A DNA stretch of 64,000 bases from an uncultured Thermoleophilia bacterium (GCA_963775255.1 CAVZIA010000008.1:1-64000), one strand, 5' to 3'. Counted from the stretch's first letter, positions 1 to 9,558 are shown. A program made the numbers and translations. Notes: generated by a model not told the origin, from the letters alone.

Positions 1-3000
1 CGGCGACGGCGCCTGCCGCATCCCCGAGGTGGTCATGCGCGCCGCGGAGCTGGGCATGCCGGCGCTGGCCGTCACCGACCACGAGGGGCTGTACGGCGCC
101 GTGCGCTTCTACCAGGCGTGCAAGGCGGCCGGCATCAAGCCCATCGTCGGCGTCGAGCTCACGGTCGAGCCGGCGGTGGGGCCGGGCGGGCGCGTCTGGG
201 AGCCGGGCGCGGACGACGGCGCGGACGCGGCAGGTGCGCCCGGCGGTGCGAGAGCCGCGGCCGGGCCGGCCGGCGCGGCGCTCGCCGACCCGGCGGCCGC
301 GGCGGCGCTCACGCCGGACGGCCGCATCGCCCACCTCAAGGCGGCGGCCACGGTGCCGCCCTCCGCCGCCCGCGCCGGCGGCGCCGGCGGGTACCACCTG
401 GTGCTCCTCGCCAAGGACTACGCCGGGTGGAGCAACCTGTGCCGCATCATCAGCGCCGCCCACCTCGAGCACCCGGGCGAGCCCCCGCTGGCCCGGCTCG
501 CCACCCTTGCCGAGCACCACAGCCATCTCGTCGCGCTCAGCGGCTGCCGTCGCGGCGAGGTCTGGTCGCGGCTGCTCGCCGGCGACAAGGCCGGCGCCCG
601 CGCCGCGGCCTCCGTGTTCCGCGGCATCTTCGGCCGCGAGTACTTCATCGAGCTGCAGCATGAGCTGCTCCCGGACTCGGGCGCCTCGCTGCGCGCGCTC
701 GACCTCCTCGCCCACGAGCTGCGCATCCCCACCGTCGCCACCGGGGACGTCCACTACACGGTCAAGGCCGACGCCGGCCTCCACGACGTGCTCGCCGCCG
801 AGGCCGCCAACCAGCCGCTGCCCAACCCGCTGGGGCGCAAGAACGCGGAGCTCTACCTCAAGAGCCCGGGGCAGATGCTCCGCCTCTTCCAGCGTTACCC
901 CGAGGCCTACGACAACGCCGCGCGCATCGCCGCGCGCTGCAACCTCGACCTCGGTCTCGGCAAGCTCCTCTTCCCCGCCTACCCGCTGCCGCCGGGCGAG
1001 ACCGCCTTCTCCCTGCTCTGGAAGCGCTGCTTCGAGGGCGCCGCGGAACGGTACCGGCCGCTCACCGCCGAGGTCACGGCGCGGCTCGAGCGCGAACTCA
1101 AGGTCGTGGAGGAGCTCGGGTTCGCCGAGTACTTCCTCGCCGTGCGCGATATCGTCGAGTTCGCCCTTGGCCGCGGCATCTATTACTCGGGCCGCGGCTC
1201 CGCCGGCAACAGCATCGTCAGCTACGTGCTGCGCATCACCGACGCCGACCCCATCGCCAACGAGCTGCTCTTCGAGCGTTTTCTCAACCCGGCGCGCCAC
1301 GAGATGCCGGACGTGGACATCGACTTCTGCTCGGCGCGCCGCGACGAGGTCATCCAGTACATCTACGAGCGCTTCGGCCACGACCGGGTCGCCATGGTGG
1401 CCACCGTCAACACCGTGCGCGCGCCGTCGGCGGTGCGCATCGTCAGCCGCGCGTTCGGGTTCACGCCGGAGGAGATCAACGCTCTCTCCCGGCGCGTGCC
1501 GTGGGGCAGCGCCGCCAAGCTCGGGGAGATGCTCGCCGAGCGCCCCGAGCTCGCCGGCCACGAGTTCCAGCAGCCACACTACCGCCGGCTGGTCGACGTC
1601 GCCGAGCGGCTGTCCGGCTTCTCCGCGCACCTCGGCACGCACCTGGGGGGGTTCATCCTCTCGCGCGACCCGCTCACCGACCGCGTGCCGCTGCAGTGGG
1701 CGGCCAAGGGCGTGGTGGTGGCCCAGTTCGACAAGGACGATGTCGAGACGCTGGGCCTCGTCAAGATGGACATCCTCGCGCTCAAGATGCACTCGGCCAT
1801 CGCCGAGGCGGTGCGCCGCATCGAGGCGCGCACGGGCGAGCACGTCAGCGCCTGGGAGCTCCCGCGCGACGACCCCAAGGTGTACGAGCTCATCCGCTCG
1901 GCACGCACCGTCGGGCTGTTCCAGCTCGAGAGCTCGGGGCAGCGCAACCTGGCCACGCGGCTGCAGGAGCGCGACTTCGAGGACGTCATCGCGGCCATCT
2001 CGCTCTTCCGCCCCGGGCCGCTGCAAGCCGACATGATCGCGCCGTTCATCCGGCGGCGGCACGGCAAAGAGCCGGTCGTCGTGCCGCACCCCGCCATGGA
2101 GCGCGTGCTGCGCCGCACCTACGGGGTCATCGTCTACCAGGAGCAGGTCATCGAGGTGGCCTCGGCGGTCGCCGGCTTCAGCCTCGCCGAGGCCGACCTG
2201 CTGCGCCGCACAATGACCCACGAGCGCTCCATGGAGGAGATGGACGCCATCGGCCACAACTTCGTCGAGAAGGCGATGGCCCTCGGCGCGTCGCAGGAGG
2301 TCGCCGACGAGGTCTTCCGCCAGCTCCGCGGGTTCGCCGCCTACGGCTTCAACAAGGCACACGCCGCCTGCTTCGCCATCGTCTGCAACGCCTCGGCCTG
2401 GCTCAAGGCGCACTACCCGGCCGAGTTCTTCGCCGGCATCCTCAACAACCAGCCCATGGGGTTCTACTCGCCGCGTGTGGTACTCAACGACGCGCGGCGC
2501 TTCGGGCTCGCGGTGCTGCCGCTCGACATCAACCTGAGCGGCGAGTGGTTCGAGGTCGAGCGGGGCGGCACGGCATTGCGCGTCGGGCTGGCGTACGTCA
2601 AGGAGATGAGCGCGGCCGCACGCCGGGCCATCGTCGAGGCGCGCGGCGACACGCCGGGCGAGCTGCCGGCCGGACCGGCCCGCGCGAGGGGCGCCGGCCC
2701 CGGCCCGCCGCACCCGTACACCTCGCTGGCCGACTTCGTGGGGCGCACGCGGGTCAGCCGCGAGATCACGGAGAACCTCGCGCGTCTCGGCGCCTTCGAC
2801 GCGCTCGGCGTGCGCCGCGAGGAGCTGGTCGCACAGGTGCCACTGCTGTACGCCGGCGCCAGGGCGGCGCCCGCCTCGCTCGCCGCCTCGGTCACCGGCG
2901 ACTCCGGCCTCGACCAGCCGCGGCTCGCCCTCGACGAGCAGTTCGGCCCGCTCAGCTTCCTGCCCGACTGGTCAGCACAGCGGCGGGTGAGCATCGAGCT

Positions 3001-3547
3001 CGAACTGCTCGGGCTCAACGTCAGCGCCCACCCGCTGCGCTTCGTCCACGACGAGGTCGAGGCGCTGGGCGTCACGCCCATGGGGCGCCTGCCCGAGGTC
3101 CGTCACGGCCGCCGCGTGCGCGTGGCCGGCGTGCTCGAGCGCGCCCAGATGCCGTGGATCCGCAGCGGCCATCGCACCATGTTCCTCACGCTCGAGGACG
3201 AGACTGAGCTCGGGCAGGTGGTGGTCTTCAACGACGTCTACCTCAAGTACGGGCGGGTACTCAAAGACGCGGTGTACCTGCTGGTGGACGGCGAGCTGCA
3301 GAACGACGAGGAGCACGGCCTCGCAGTGGTGGCGTACCGCGTCACCGACCTGCTGCGTGCCGTCGGGCGCGACGAGGCCGGCGACGGCCGCGACAGGGGA
3401 GCCCGCGCGCCGGGCGCCACCGCCCCGGCTACCGCAGGACCGTCCGCCGGCGGGGCCTCCGTCCCCGGCGGCCCCACCTACCAGCGGCCGGACGCCTGGG
3501 AGCTCCCGGTCGTGGAGCCGCGCACGCGGCCGGGCCGCACGGGATGA
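1..3547 (+). CDS. dnaE2: DNA polymerase III alpha-subunit family protein, DnaE2-like (error-prone); 5' end cut by window edge
   Basis: N-terminal PHP motif 'ALAVTDHEGLYGAV'. Polymerase core 'GFAEYFLAVRDIVEFA...YYSGRGSAGNSIVSYVLRITDADP', 'MPDVDIDF' and 'GLFQLESSGQR' motifs, then a C-terminal OB-fold. Only a ~70-aa low-complexity tail follows the OB fold, with no tau-binding domain, which favours DnaE2 over DnaE1. A ~70-aa Ala/Gly-rich insertion lies inside the PHP region. The ORF runs to the window start, so the true start is upstream. Confidence 0.8.
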   Translation, partial: GDGACRIPEVVMRAAELGMPALAVTDHEGLYGAVRFYQACKAAGIKPIVGVELTVEPAVGPGGRVWEPGADDGADAAGAPGGARAAAGPAGAALADPAAAAALTPDGRIAHLKAAATVPPSAARAGGAGGYHLVLLAKDYAGWSNLCRIISAAHLEHPGEPPLARLATLAEHHSHLVALSGCRRGEVWSRLLAGDKAGARAAASVFRGIFGREYFIELQHELLPDSGASLRALDLLAHELRIPTVATGDVHYTVKADAGLHDVLAAEAANQPLPNPLGRKNAELYLKSPGQMLRLFQRYPEAYDNAARIAARCNLDLGLGKLLFPAYPLPPGETAFSLLWKRCFEGAAERYRPLTAEVTARLERELKVVEELGFAEYFLAVRDIVEFALGRGIYYSGRGSAGNSIVSYVLRITDADPIANELLFERFLNPARHEMPDVDIDFCSARRDEVIQYIYERFGHDRVAMVATVNTVRAPSAVRIVSRAFGFTPEEINALSRRVPWGSAAKLGEMLAERPELAGHEFQQPHYRRLVDVAERLSGFSAHLGTHLGGFILSRDPLTDRVPLQWAAKGVVVAQFDKDDVETLGLVKMDILALKMHSAIAEAVRRIEARTGEHVSAWELPRDDPKVYELIRSARTVGLFQLESSGQRNLATRLQERDFEDVIAAISLFRPGPLQADMIAPFIRRRHGKEPVVVPHPAMERVLRRTYGVIVYQEQVIEVASAVAGFSLAEADLLRRTMTHERSMEEMDAIGHNFVEKAMALGASQEVADEVFRQLRGFAAYGFNKAHAACFAIVCNASAWLKAHYPAEFFAGILNNQPMGFYSPRVVLNDARRFGLAVLPLDINLSGEWFEVERGGTALRVGLAYVKEMSAAARRAIVEARGDTPGELPAGPARARGAGPGPPHPYTSLADFVGRTRVSREITENLARLGAFDALGVRREELVAQVPLLYAGARAAPASLAASVTGDSGLDQPRLALDEQFGPLSFLPDWSAQRRVSIELELLGLNVSAHPLRFVHDEVEALGVTPMGRLPEVRHGRRVRVAGVLERAQMPWIRSGHRTMFLTLEDETELGQVVVFNDVYLKYGRVLKDAVYLLVDGELQNDEEHGLAVVAYRVTDLLRAVGRDEAGDGRDRGARAPGATAPATAGPSAGGASVPGGPTYQRPDAWELPVVEPRTRPGRTG

Positions 3548-3567
3548 GCCTCGGCAGGGTGAGCTGC

Positions 3568-3588
3568 GGCGGGCCGCGCACGCCCGCC
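3568..3588. terminator. GC-rich hairpin (GGCGGGC-N7-GCCCGCC) between convergent dnaE2-like and kinase genes
   Basis: Perfect 7-bp inverted repeat read directly in the sequence, 20 nt after the dnaE2 stop. Confidence 0.3.
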
Positions 3589-3616
3589 AGCGGACGCGCC
3601 GCCGGCAAGCATCCGG

Positions 3617-5419
3617 CTAGAAGATCGCGACCTGGATCACGACCTCGTCACCGGAGCGGCCGCGCGTCCCGCCGGCGGGGTCCTGGGCCACCACGTCGCC
3701 GGGCATGGAGCCCCAGCCGGCGACGTAGTCCACGTTCACCACGAACCCCGCGTCCTCGAGCGTGGTCTTGGCGCCGCCTTGAGAGAGGCCGACGACATCC
3801 GGCACGTCCACCTTCGGCGGCCCGCTGCTCACCCAGAAGCTCACCGTGTCGCCGCGCTGCACCCTCTCGCCGGCCGCAGGCTTCTGGCGGAACACCTTGC
3901 CCTTGGGCGTGGTCTCCGAGGCGGCGCGGTGGCTCTTGTAGGTGAGCGCAGCATCCGTGAGAGAGCCGCGCGCCGCGCCGGCGGTCTGCCCTGAGAGGTC
4001 CGGCGCGAGGATGTGCAGCGGACCCCGGCTCACCCACAGGTCGACCTTGACCCCGTCGTCGACCCTGGCGCCGCCGCGCGGGGACTGGCGCGCCACGTCC
4101 CCCTCGCCCGCACTGTCGGACCAGATGAAATGCAGCACGGGCTTCAGCCCCTCGTCGCGCACGGCCGAGGCTGCGGCGGCGCGGCTCGAGCCGACCACCT
4201 TGGGCACCGTGGCGCCCGGCGCGATCCAGGTCGCGTAGGCGACCCACGCCGCCGCAGCGGCCAGCGCGAAGACGACGGCGAGGATGACGTACCTGCGCCA
4301 CCTGCGGCGGCGGCGCGGCCGCGCCACGGCAAGCGGCTCGCCGGAGTGGTAACGGGTGGGCGCCTCGGCCGCGACCATGGCCAGCGGCGGCTCTTCGACG
4401 GGCCGGGGCCGAGCCACAGGCGCGGCCGGCCAGGAGCCGGCCGGAGTCCTGGGCTCGACGGCGGACGATAGCGCTGGGACCGCACCCGCGGCGGCGGCCA
4501 CTCCGACGGCCGCAAACGTCCCGTGCCCGGCGCCCTCACCCACGGCGACGGCGACGTCCCGGCCGCCGCGCTGCGGCCGCCGCGCCCTGCGCAGCGCGGC
4601 CGCGAACTCGTCCGCCGACTGGAACCGGTCGGCCGGGTCCTTGCTGAGCGCCCGCATCACCACGGCGGCGAGCGCCTCGGAGATCCCTGGCGTCAGCGTC
4701 CGCGGGTTGGGAGGCGCGGTGCGTACGTGCTGCATGGCCACGGCCACGTCGGTCTCGCCCTTGAAGGGCACGCGGCCGGTGAGCATCTCGTAGAGCACGA
4801 CTCCGAGGTTGTACAGGTCGGAGCGCTCGTCCGCAGGTCTGCCCTGCGCCTGCTCCGGCGAGAGGTAGGACGACGTGCCCATCATGGCGCCCGTCCGCGT
4901 GAGCGCCGAGTCGCCCATGCGCGCGATGCCGAAGTCGGTGACCACTACGCGCCCGTCCTCGGCCAGCATCACGTTGTAGGAGGTGACGTCGCGATGGACG
5001 ATGTCCCGGCCGTGCGCCGCGCCGAGCGCGGAGAGCACGGCCAGAGCGATCTGCACGGCCTCGTCGGACGGCAGCGCCCCGTCGCGGCGCAGGCGCTGCT
5101 TCAATGTCTCGCCGGGCACGTACTCCATGGCGATGTACGTGACGCCGTCGGCCGTCCCGCGGTCGTACACCCCCACGATGCTGGCGTGGTTGAGGCTGGC
5201 CGCCGCCTGCGCCTCGATGCGGAACCGCTCGACGAACTCGTCATCGGCGGCCAGCTTCGCTTTGAGCACTTTGACGGCCACTTGACGCCCAAGACGCTCG
5301 TCCTCCGCAAGGTACACGTCGGCCATCCCTCCGCTCCCGAGCGGAGAGGCGATCCGGTACCGGCCCGCAAGCAGGGTCGGCACACCGGCGGAGTCTGGGT
5401 CGCGGTGCTGATCGTTCAT
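3617..5419 (-). CDS. Ser/Thr protein kinase with C-terminal PASTA repeats (PknB-like)
   Basis: Hanks kinase motifs 'LGSGGMADVYLA', 'VAVKVL', 'HRDVTSYNVML', 'DFGIA' and 'SPEQ'. A hydrophobic TM segment follows, then about three PASTA-like repeats ('VPDVVGLSQGGAKTTLEDAGF...'). Start chosen at internal ATG 'MNDQHRDPD' (cat at 5417-5419). The longer ORF start at 5614 would overlap the upstream gene. Confidence 0.85.
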   Translation of the reverse strand: MNDQHRDPDSAGVPTLLAGRYRIASPLGSGGMADVYLAEDERLGRQVAVKVLKAKLAADDEFVERFRIEAQAAASLNHASIVGVYDRGTADGVTYIAMEYVPGETLKQRLRRDGALPSDEAVQIALAVLSALGAAHGRDIVHRDVTSYNVMLAEDGRVVVTDFGIARMGDSALTRTGAMMGTSSYLSPEQAQGRPADERSDLYNLGVVLYEMLTGRVPFKGETDVAVAMQHVRTAPPNPRTLTPGISEALAAVVMRALSKDPADRFQSADEFAAALRRARRPQRGGRDVAVAVGEGAGHGTFAAVGVAAAAGAVPALSSAVEPRTPAGSWPAAPVARPRPVEEPPLAMVAAEAPTRYHSGEPLAVARPRRRRRWRRYVILAVVFALAAAAAWVAYATWIAPGATVPKVVGSSRAAAASAVRDEGLKPVLHFIWSDSAGEGDVARQSPRGGARVDDGVKVDLWVSRGPLHILAPDLSGQTAGAARGSLTDAALTYKSHRAASETTPKGKVFRQKPAAGERVQRGDTVSFWVSSGPPKVDVPDVVGLSQGGAKTTLEDAGFVVNVDYVAGWGSMPGDVVAQDPAGGTRGRSGDEVVIQVAIF

Positions 5420-5534
5420 AGGGTCAAGGGGCCGTGGCGGGCGAGACGTTCGCCGGCGGGAACGTGACTTCGTGGAGACGTGCCACGCCCGTGCCGGGTG
5501 CGCCGCCCAAGTGTAGAGGACGCAGGCGCGACGG

Positions 5535-7115
5535 TCAGCCCGCCTGCCGCTCCACGAGGATCTGGAGCACCTCGAGCTCGTCCTTCTCGAACCAGGTGAG
5601 ATCGCAGCGGGCACACAGATCCACCTCGACGGCGTACTCGTAGCTGTAGTGCCGGCGCATCATCGCCGCGGCGCACTTCGGGCAGGCGACGAGGCCGACG
5701 CCGGAGCGGCCGCGGGCCAGCACGGCGGCACGGCGCAGCGCATCCCCGGAGGCCGTGACCAGGTCGGCGAGACGGTGCTGCTCCTCCGTGAAGCCGGCCT
5801 CGCGCCGCGCGAGCAGCTTGCCGATCTGCGCCGTCGTCACGAGCCGGCCGCCGCAGCGTTCACAGGCGACGATGTCGATGCCCTCGTACGGAGCGAGGAC
5901 GAGCCCGGCGCCGCAGCCCGGGCAGGTCATGCCGGCTTCGTGGACCGTGGCCATGTCCGACTTCGGCGGCCCGTCCAGAGACGCCAGCGGCGGTACGGCG
6001 ACGCGGGATGGCGCCGGCCGCGACCCCACGACGGCCGGCGCCGGCGCCGCGCCAGGCGCCGGCGACCAGTGCTCCCTGCGGTCGAAGTCCTCTGCAGCCT
6101 GCGCCGCCTGCCGTTCGAACTCCGCCGGCGAGACGTGAGCGACGCCGAGCAGGGCGCGGATGCGCGCCTCGATCGGCGGGTGCGAGTCGCGCCAAGCGAC
6201 GGCGGGCCATCCCAGGCTGCCCGTAGCGCGGATGCAGAGAGGCGCGAGGCCCTCGGGGATGTACCCCGCGCCGCCGGGATGCCGGCTGATGACGCGCAGG
6301 GCCTCGGCCAGCGCGAGCGGATCGCGCGTGTAGCGCACCGCCGCCAGGTCAGCCTGCCACTCGCGCTGGCGGCTGATCGCCGCGTTCACGACCGACGACG
6401 CCAACTGCATCACCCAGAGCCAGCCGCGCAGCGGTACCATCAGCACGACCGCCGACACCGCGTCCGTGTCCGAGGAGGCGTCGGCCGCGCCGTCCAGGCT
6501 CTCCGCCAGTGACGAGTAGATGCCGAACAGCAGGCACGACACCGTCACGGTGACGTAGCTGCCCGACAGGATGTGCGCGAACTCGTGCGCGACCGCCGCC
6601 TCCAGTTGTTGCCGCGAGAGCCGTGCGAGCGCTCCCTCCGTGACGCCTATCACCCCGCCCCCGCGGAGGTCGCTGAAGGCGAACGCGTTGAGCCCGACCG
6701 TGCGCACCGTGACGCAGTCGACGCGCGGAGCTCCGGTGGCGAGGCGCATCTCCTCGACGATGTTGGCGAGGCGCGCATGGTAGCGGTCACCGGAGTCCAG
6801 CGGCCGGCAGTGCATAGCCGTCATGAGGCGGCCGCGTGCGCCGATCTGCGCGAGTCCCCAATACAGGAGCGCCACGATGAGCGACACGCCCAGGACGATC
6901 GCGATCCAGGCGGGAGTGAACAGCCAGGTGACGACCGCCGGCTCCGGGAAGGCGAAGTACAGAACCAGGGTGACGACGAGACAGCCGACCCACGCCGTGA
7001 CGAAGGCGAGTGCGACGAGCAGGCCGAACAGCAGCCAGATGCGCCAGCGCTTCTCCCGCTCGACCTCGAACAGGGTGCGCCGCGGCGTCGTCTTCACCCG
7101 CTCACCCCCCTTCAT
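5535..7115 (-). CDS. Membrane M48-family (HtpX/Ste24-like) zinc metallopeptidase with C-terminal tandem zinc-ribbon domains
   Basis: Two N-terminal hydrophobic helices; HEXXH motif 'HEFAHILSG'. The C-terminal ~200 aa carry two CxxC...CxxC units ('CPGCGAGL...CERCGG', 'CPKCAAAM...CARCDLTWFEKDELE'). Start set at 'MKGGERVKTT' (cat 7113-7115). Confidence 0.7.
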   Translation of the reverse strand: MKGGERVKTTPRRTLFEVEREKRWRIWLLFGLLVALAFVTAWVGCLVVTLVLYFAFPEPAVVTWLFTPAWIAIVLGVSLIVALLYWGLAQIGARGRLMTAMHCRPLDSGDRYHARLANIVEEMRLATGAPRVDCVTVRTVGLNAFAFSDLRGGGVIGVTEGALARLSRQQLEAAVAHEFAHILSGSYVTVTVSCLLFGIYSSLAESLDGAADASSDTDAVSAVVLMVPLRGWLWVMQLASSVVNAAISRQREWQADLAAVRYTRDPLALAEALRVISRHPGGAGYIPEGLAPLCIRATGSLGWPAVAWRDSHPPIEARIRALLGVAHVSPAEFERQAAQAAEDFDRREHWSPAPGAAPAPAVVGSRPAPSRVAVPPLASLDGPPKSDMATVHEAGMTCPGCGAGLVLAPYEGIDIVACERCGGRLVTTAQIGKLLARREAGFTEEQHRLADLVTASGDALRRAAVLARGRSGVGLVACPKCAAAMMRRHYSYEYAVEVDLCARCDLTWFEKDELEVLQILVERQAG

Positions 7116-7140
7116 TTTTGTTAACACTACGGGTGTGGTT

Positions 7141-7236
7141 TCAACTGTCGGGGTGGTGGTAATATACGTTCTGCGTAGCGGAGTCCCCCTCCACACACCC
7201 CTCCCCTACGCAAGGTACCTCCAGGTACCACCCCAT
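7141..7236 (-). CDS. Candidate 31-aa small peptide ORF (MGWYLEVPCVGEGCVEGDSATQNVYYHHPDS) immediately upstream of the M48 peptidase
   Basis: ATG preceded by AAAGGAG (antisense of plus-strand 'ctccttt' at 7240-7246). The TGA stop lies 22 nt before the peptidase ATG. Contains a CxxxxC pair and a YYHH motif. It is too short for the ORF track and is supported only by its position and SD-like sequence. The SD–ATG spacing is short. Confidence 0.2.
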   Translation of the reverse strand: MGWYLEVPCVGEGCVEGDSATQNVYYHHPDS

Positions 7237-7290
7237 GGCTCCTTTCACAAGCCCCCCTCCCCGGGGGGCTGCCCTGAAAAGGGTGCACGA

Positions 7291-7312
7291 GGCGACGCTC
7301 CCCGGCGTCGCC
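7291..7312 (-). terminator. Hairpin GGCGACGC-tccccg-GCGTCGCC downstream of the amidotransferase gene
   Basis: Perfect 8-bp inverted repeat, 38 nt after the stop of the minus-strand gene that ends at 7350. Confidence 0.4.
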
Positions 7313-7349
7313 TCTCGTGCGTACGGGCCCGGAAGCGGGACCTGGGAGC

Positions 7350-8054
7350 CTAAAGCAAGTCCGCCGCGAGGAGGAAGTTCTCGGCGATGCGGCGGCAGAA
7401 CTCCGGGTACCCCGGCAGCCGGTCGTCGGTCTCCCTCTGCAGGTCCTCCGCGAAGCCGGGCCCGAGGTGCTTCTGCTCGCGGACCGCGTCGCGCACCCAG
7501 TGTGGCGCCATCTCGGCGTCGACCTCGGGGTGGAACTGCGTGCCCCACGCCTTGCCGCCGGCGCGAAACACCTGCACACCGTCGCCGCAGACCGCCACGA
7601 GGTGCGAGGTCGGCGAGATCTTGCAGGAGTACGCGTGCCAGTTGAAGGCGTAGAACGGGGATGAGATCCCGCGCAGCAGCGGGTCGTCGGCGACCTTCTC
7701 TATCTTCGTCCAGCCCACCTCTGGGTGCTTGCGCTTGTAGGCGGCGCCCCCGGAGGCCTCGGCGAGGAGCTGGGCGCCGAGGCAGATACCCCACACCGGC
7801 GCGCCCTCGTGGACCATGCGGCGCATGAGATGGACCTCGTCGGCGAGAAACGGATACTGGTGCTGCTGGTCGACGTGCATCGCTCCGCCGAGGCTGATCA
7901 GGCCGGCCGTGTCGTGTGGCGTGGCGGGCAGATCCTCACCCCGGTCGACGCGGCACACCTCGAACGGCACGCCGAGCTCCTTGAGCGCCGCGGCGATGCT
8001 GCCGGGCGGGTCGTCGGGCTCGTGCTGGACGATGGTCAGCGACTTCTGCGACAT
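7350..8054 (-). CDS. Class I glutamine amidotransferase-like protein (GATase1 / GMP-synthase-N-like)
   Basis: 'VWGICLGAQLL' catalytic-Cys region and 'GTQFHPE' His/Glu region typical of GATase1. Start at 'MSQKSLTIVQHEPDDPPG' (cat 8052-8054), preceded by GGAGGA. Confidence 0.7.
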   Translation of the reverse strand: MSQKSLTIVQHEPDDPPGSIAAALKELGVPFEVCRVDRGEDLPATPHDTAGLISLGGAMHVDQQHQYPFLADEVHLMRRMVHEGAPVWGICLGAQLLAEASGGAAYKRKHPEVGWTKIEKVADDPLLRGISSPFYAFNWHAYSCKISPTSHLVAVCGDGVQVFRAGGKAWGTQFHPEVDAEMAPHWVRDAVREQKHLGPGFAEDLQRETDDRLPGYPEFCRRIAENFLLAADLL

Positions 8055-8146
8055 GGGCGGTCCTCCTCGGCTACGCGGCGAGTATACAGCGAGGCGCCAC
8101 GACGACGGCCTTGCCGGGCCGTCCCGGGGTCTGCGAGACTGGGGCC

Positions 8147-9031
8147 ATGAGCGGCAGCATCCCAACTCATGGCCCCACCGACCCTGCCACCGGCGCACCT
8201 GTCGTCGAGATCGTCTCGGCCGGCAACGAGGTGCTGATCGGCGACGTGCTCGACACCAACACCAACTGGCTGTGCACACGCGTGACGAGTCTGGGTGGCC
8301 TCGTGCGCCGCACGGTGATGCTCCGCGACGACGTCGACACCATCGGCGCCGAGCTGCGCGGCTGCCTGGGCCGCCGACCCGCTCTCGTCTTCACGGTCGG
8401 CGGGCTCGGACCCACCAGCGACGACCGCACCCTCGAGGGCGTGGCGCTCGGCCTCGGGGTCCCACTGGAACTGCACCCCGAGGCCGAGCGCATGGTCACC
8501 GCCAGGTACCGGGAGTTCTACGAGGCCGGCTACGTGCCGTTCCCCGAGCTCAACGAGAACCGCCGCAAGATGGCGCGGCTGCCGGCCGGGGCGGAGCCGC
8601 TGGTCAACCCCATCGGGGGAGCCCCGGGTGTGCTGTGCCGGAGCGCCGGCACGAGCATCGTGTCGCTCCCCGGCGTGCCCGAGGAGCTCAAGGCCATCGT
8701 GGATGAATCGCTGGAGGCGCTGGTGGCGGAGGTCTTCGGCGACGCGCGCTACGAGGAGCGCTCGCTCGAGGTGGAACTTCAGGACGAGTCGGCGATCGCC
8801 GACATCCTCCGCGCCGCCGAGCAGGAGCACCCGGCCGTGTACGTCAAGTCGCGCGCCAAGGTGCTGGGCAGCACGCCGGTCATCCGCGTGACGCTGAGCG
8901 GACGCGGCGAGAGCGAAGCCGCGGTCGCCGCGCTCCTGGCGCCGGTGGCGGAGCAGTTGCTCACGCAGATCGCCGCCGCCGGTTTTGCCGTCCGCCCCGC
9001 TCCATCGGAGCCTCCGGGCGCGGGCGACTGA
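8147..9031 (+). CDS. CinA-like / MoCF-biosynthesis (molybdopterin-binding) domain protein
   Basis: 'VVEIVSAGNEVLIGDVLDTNTNWLCTRVTSLGG...VFTVGGLGPTSDDRT' matches the MoaB/CinA N-terminal fold. No C-terminal CinA deamidase domain was recognised. Confidence 0.6.
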   Translation: MSGSIPTHGPTDPATGAPVVEIVSAGNEVLIGDVLDTNTNWLCTRVTSLGGLVRRTVMLRDDVDTIGAELRGCLGRRPALVFTVGGLGPTSDDRTLEGVALGLGVPLELHPEAERMVTARYREFYEAGYVPFPELNENRRKMARLPAGAEPLVNPIGGAPGVLCRSAGTSIVSLPGVPEELKAIVDESLEALVAEVFGDARYEERSLEVELQDESAIADILRAAEQEHPAVYVKSRAKVLGSTPVIRVTLSGRGESEAAVAALLAPVAEQLLTQIAAAGFAVRPAPSEPPGAGD

Positions 9032-9291
9032 GACCGCGGAGCACCGCGGTGGACACCACGACGCCCGGTCGGCAGGTCATCCAGTGAAGGCCACTCCGCC
9101 CGCCCGCTTGCTCGTCTGGTCTGTCGAGTTCCTCGACCACTTCTGGGGGCTGATCGGCCTCGCGGTCGTCGTCCTGCTCGAAGTACTGTGGTTCGTGCCG
9201 CGCGGGTGGACGATGGCCATGCTCGTCGGAGCCATCGTGGGAGCGGCGCTCGTGGGGGTGTGGGTCCGCGACGGTTGGCTCTGAGGCGCGG

Positions 9292-9558
9292 CTACTCCTC
9301 TTCCTTGCCGCTCGTCCAGGAGGCGTCGTGGCCGACCAGCCGGCGCCGCTCCTCGAGGTCGGCGCGGCGGCGGCGGAACACCGGGCGCATCACGGCCGCG
9401 GTGGCGACCCCCACAACAACGGCGACCAGCAGCCAGAACCAGCCACCCGTCCTGAAGAGGAACCAGCCGACCAGACCGGCCACGACGGCCGCGACGATGG
9501 AGACCAGCGCGAGGTCGAGCGGCACGCCACCCCGCTCGCGGTCCTGACGTGTACTCAT
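9292..9558 (-). CDS. Small two-helix membrane protein (hypothetical)
   Basis: Start 'MSTRQDRERG' is preceded by GGAGGG. Two hydrophobic helices follow ('LALVSIVAAVVAGLVGWFLF', 'FWLLVAVVVGVATAAV'). Confidence 0.4.
   Translation of the reverse strand: MSTRQDRERGGVPLDLALVSIVAAVVAGLVGWFLFRTGGWFWLLVAVVVGVATAAVMRPVFRRRRADLEERRRLVGHDASWTSGKEEE

Noticed and set aside
1501-3207. 568-aa + strand ORF and several others (118..663, 234..2036, 2464..3081) inside the dnaE2 region
   Set aside because: Alternative-frame or antisense ORFs with extreme Arg/Ala/Pro/Gly bias typical of high-GC DNA. They lie fully inside a gene with clear polymerase motifs.
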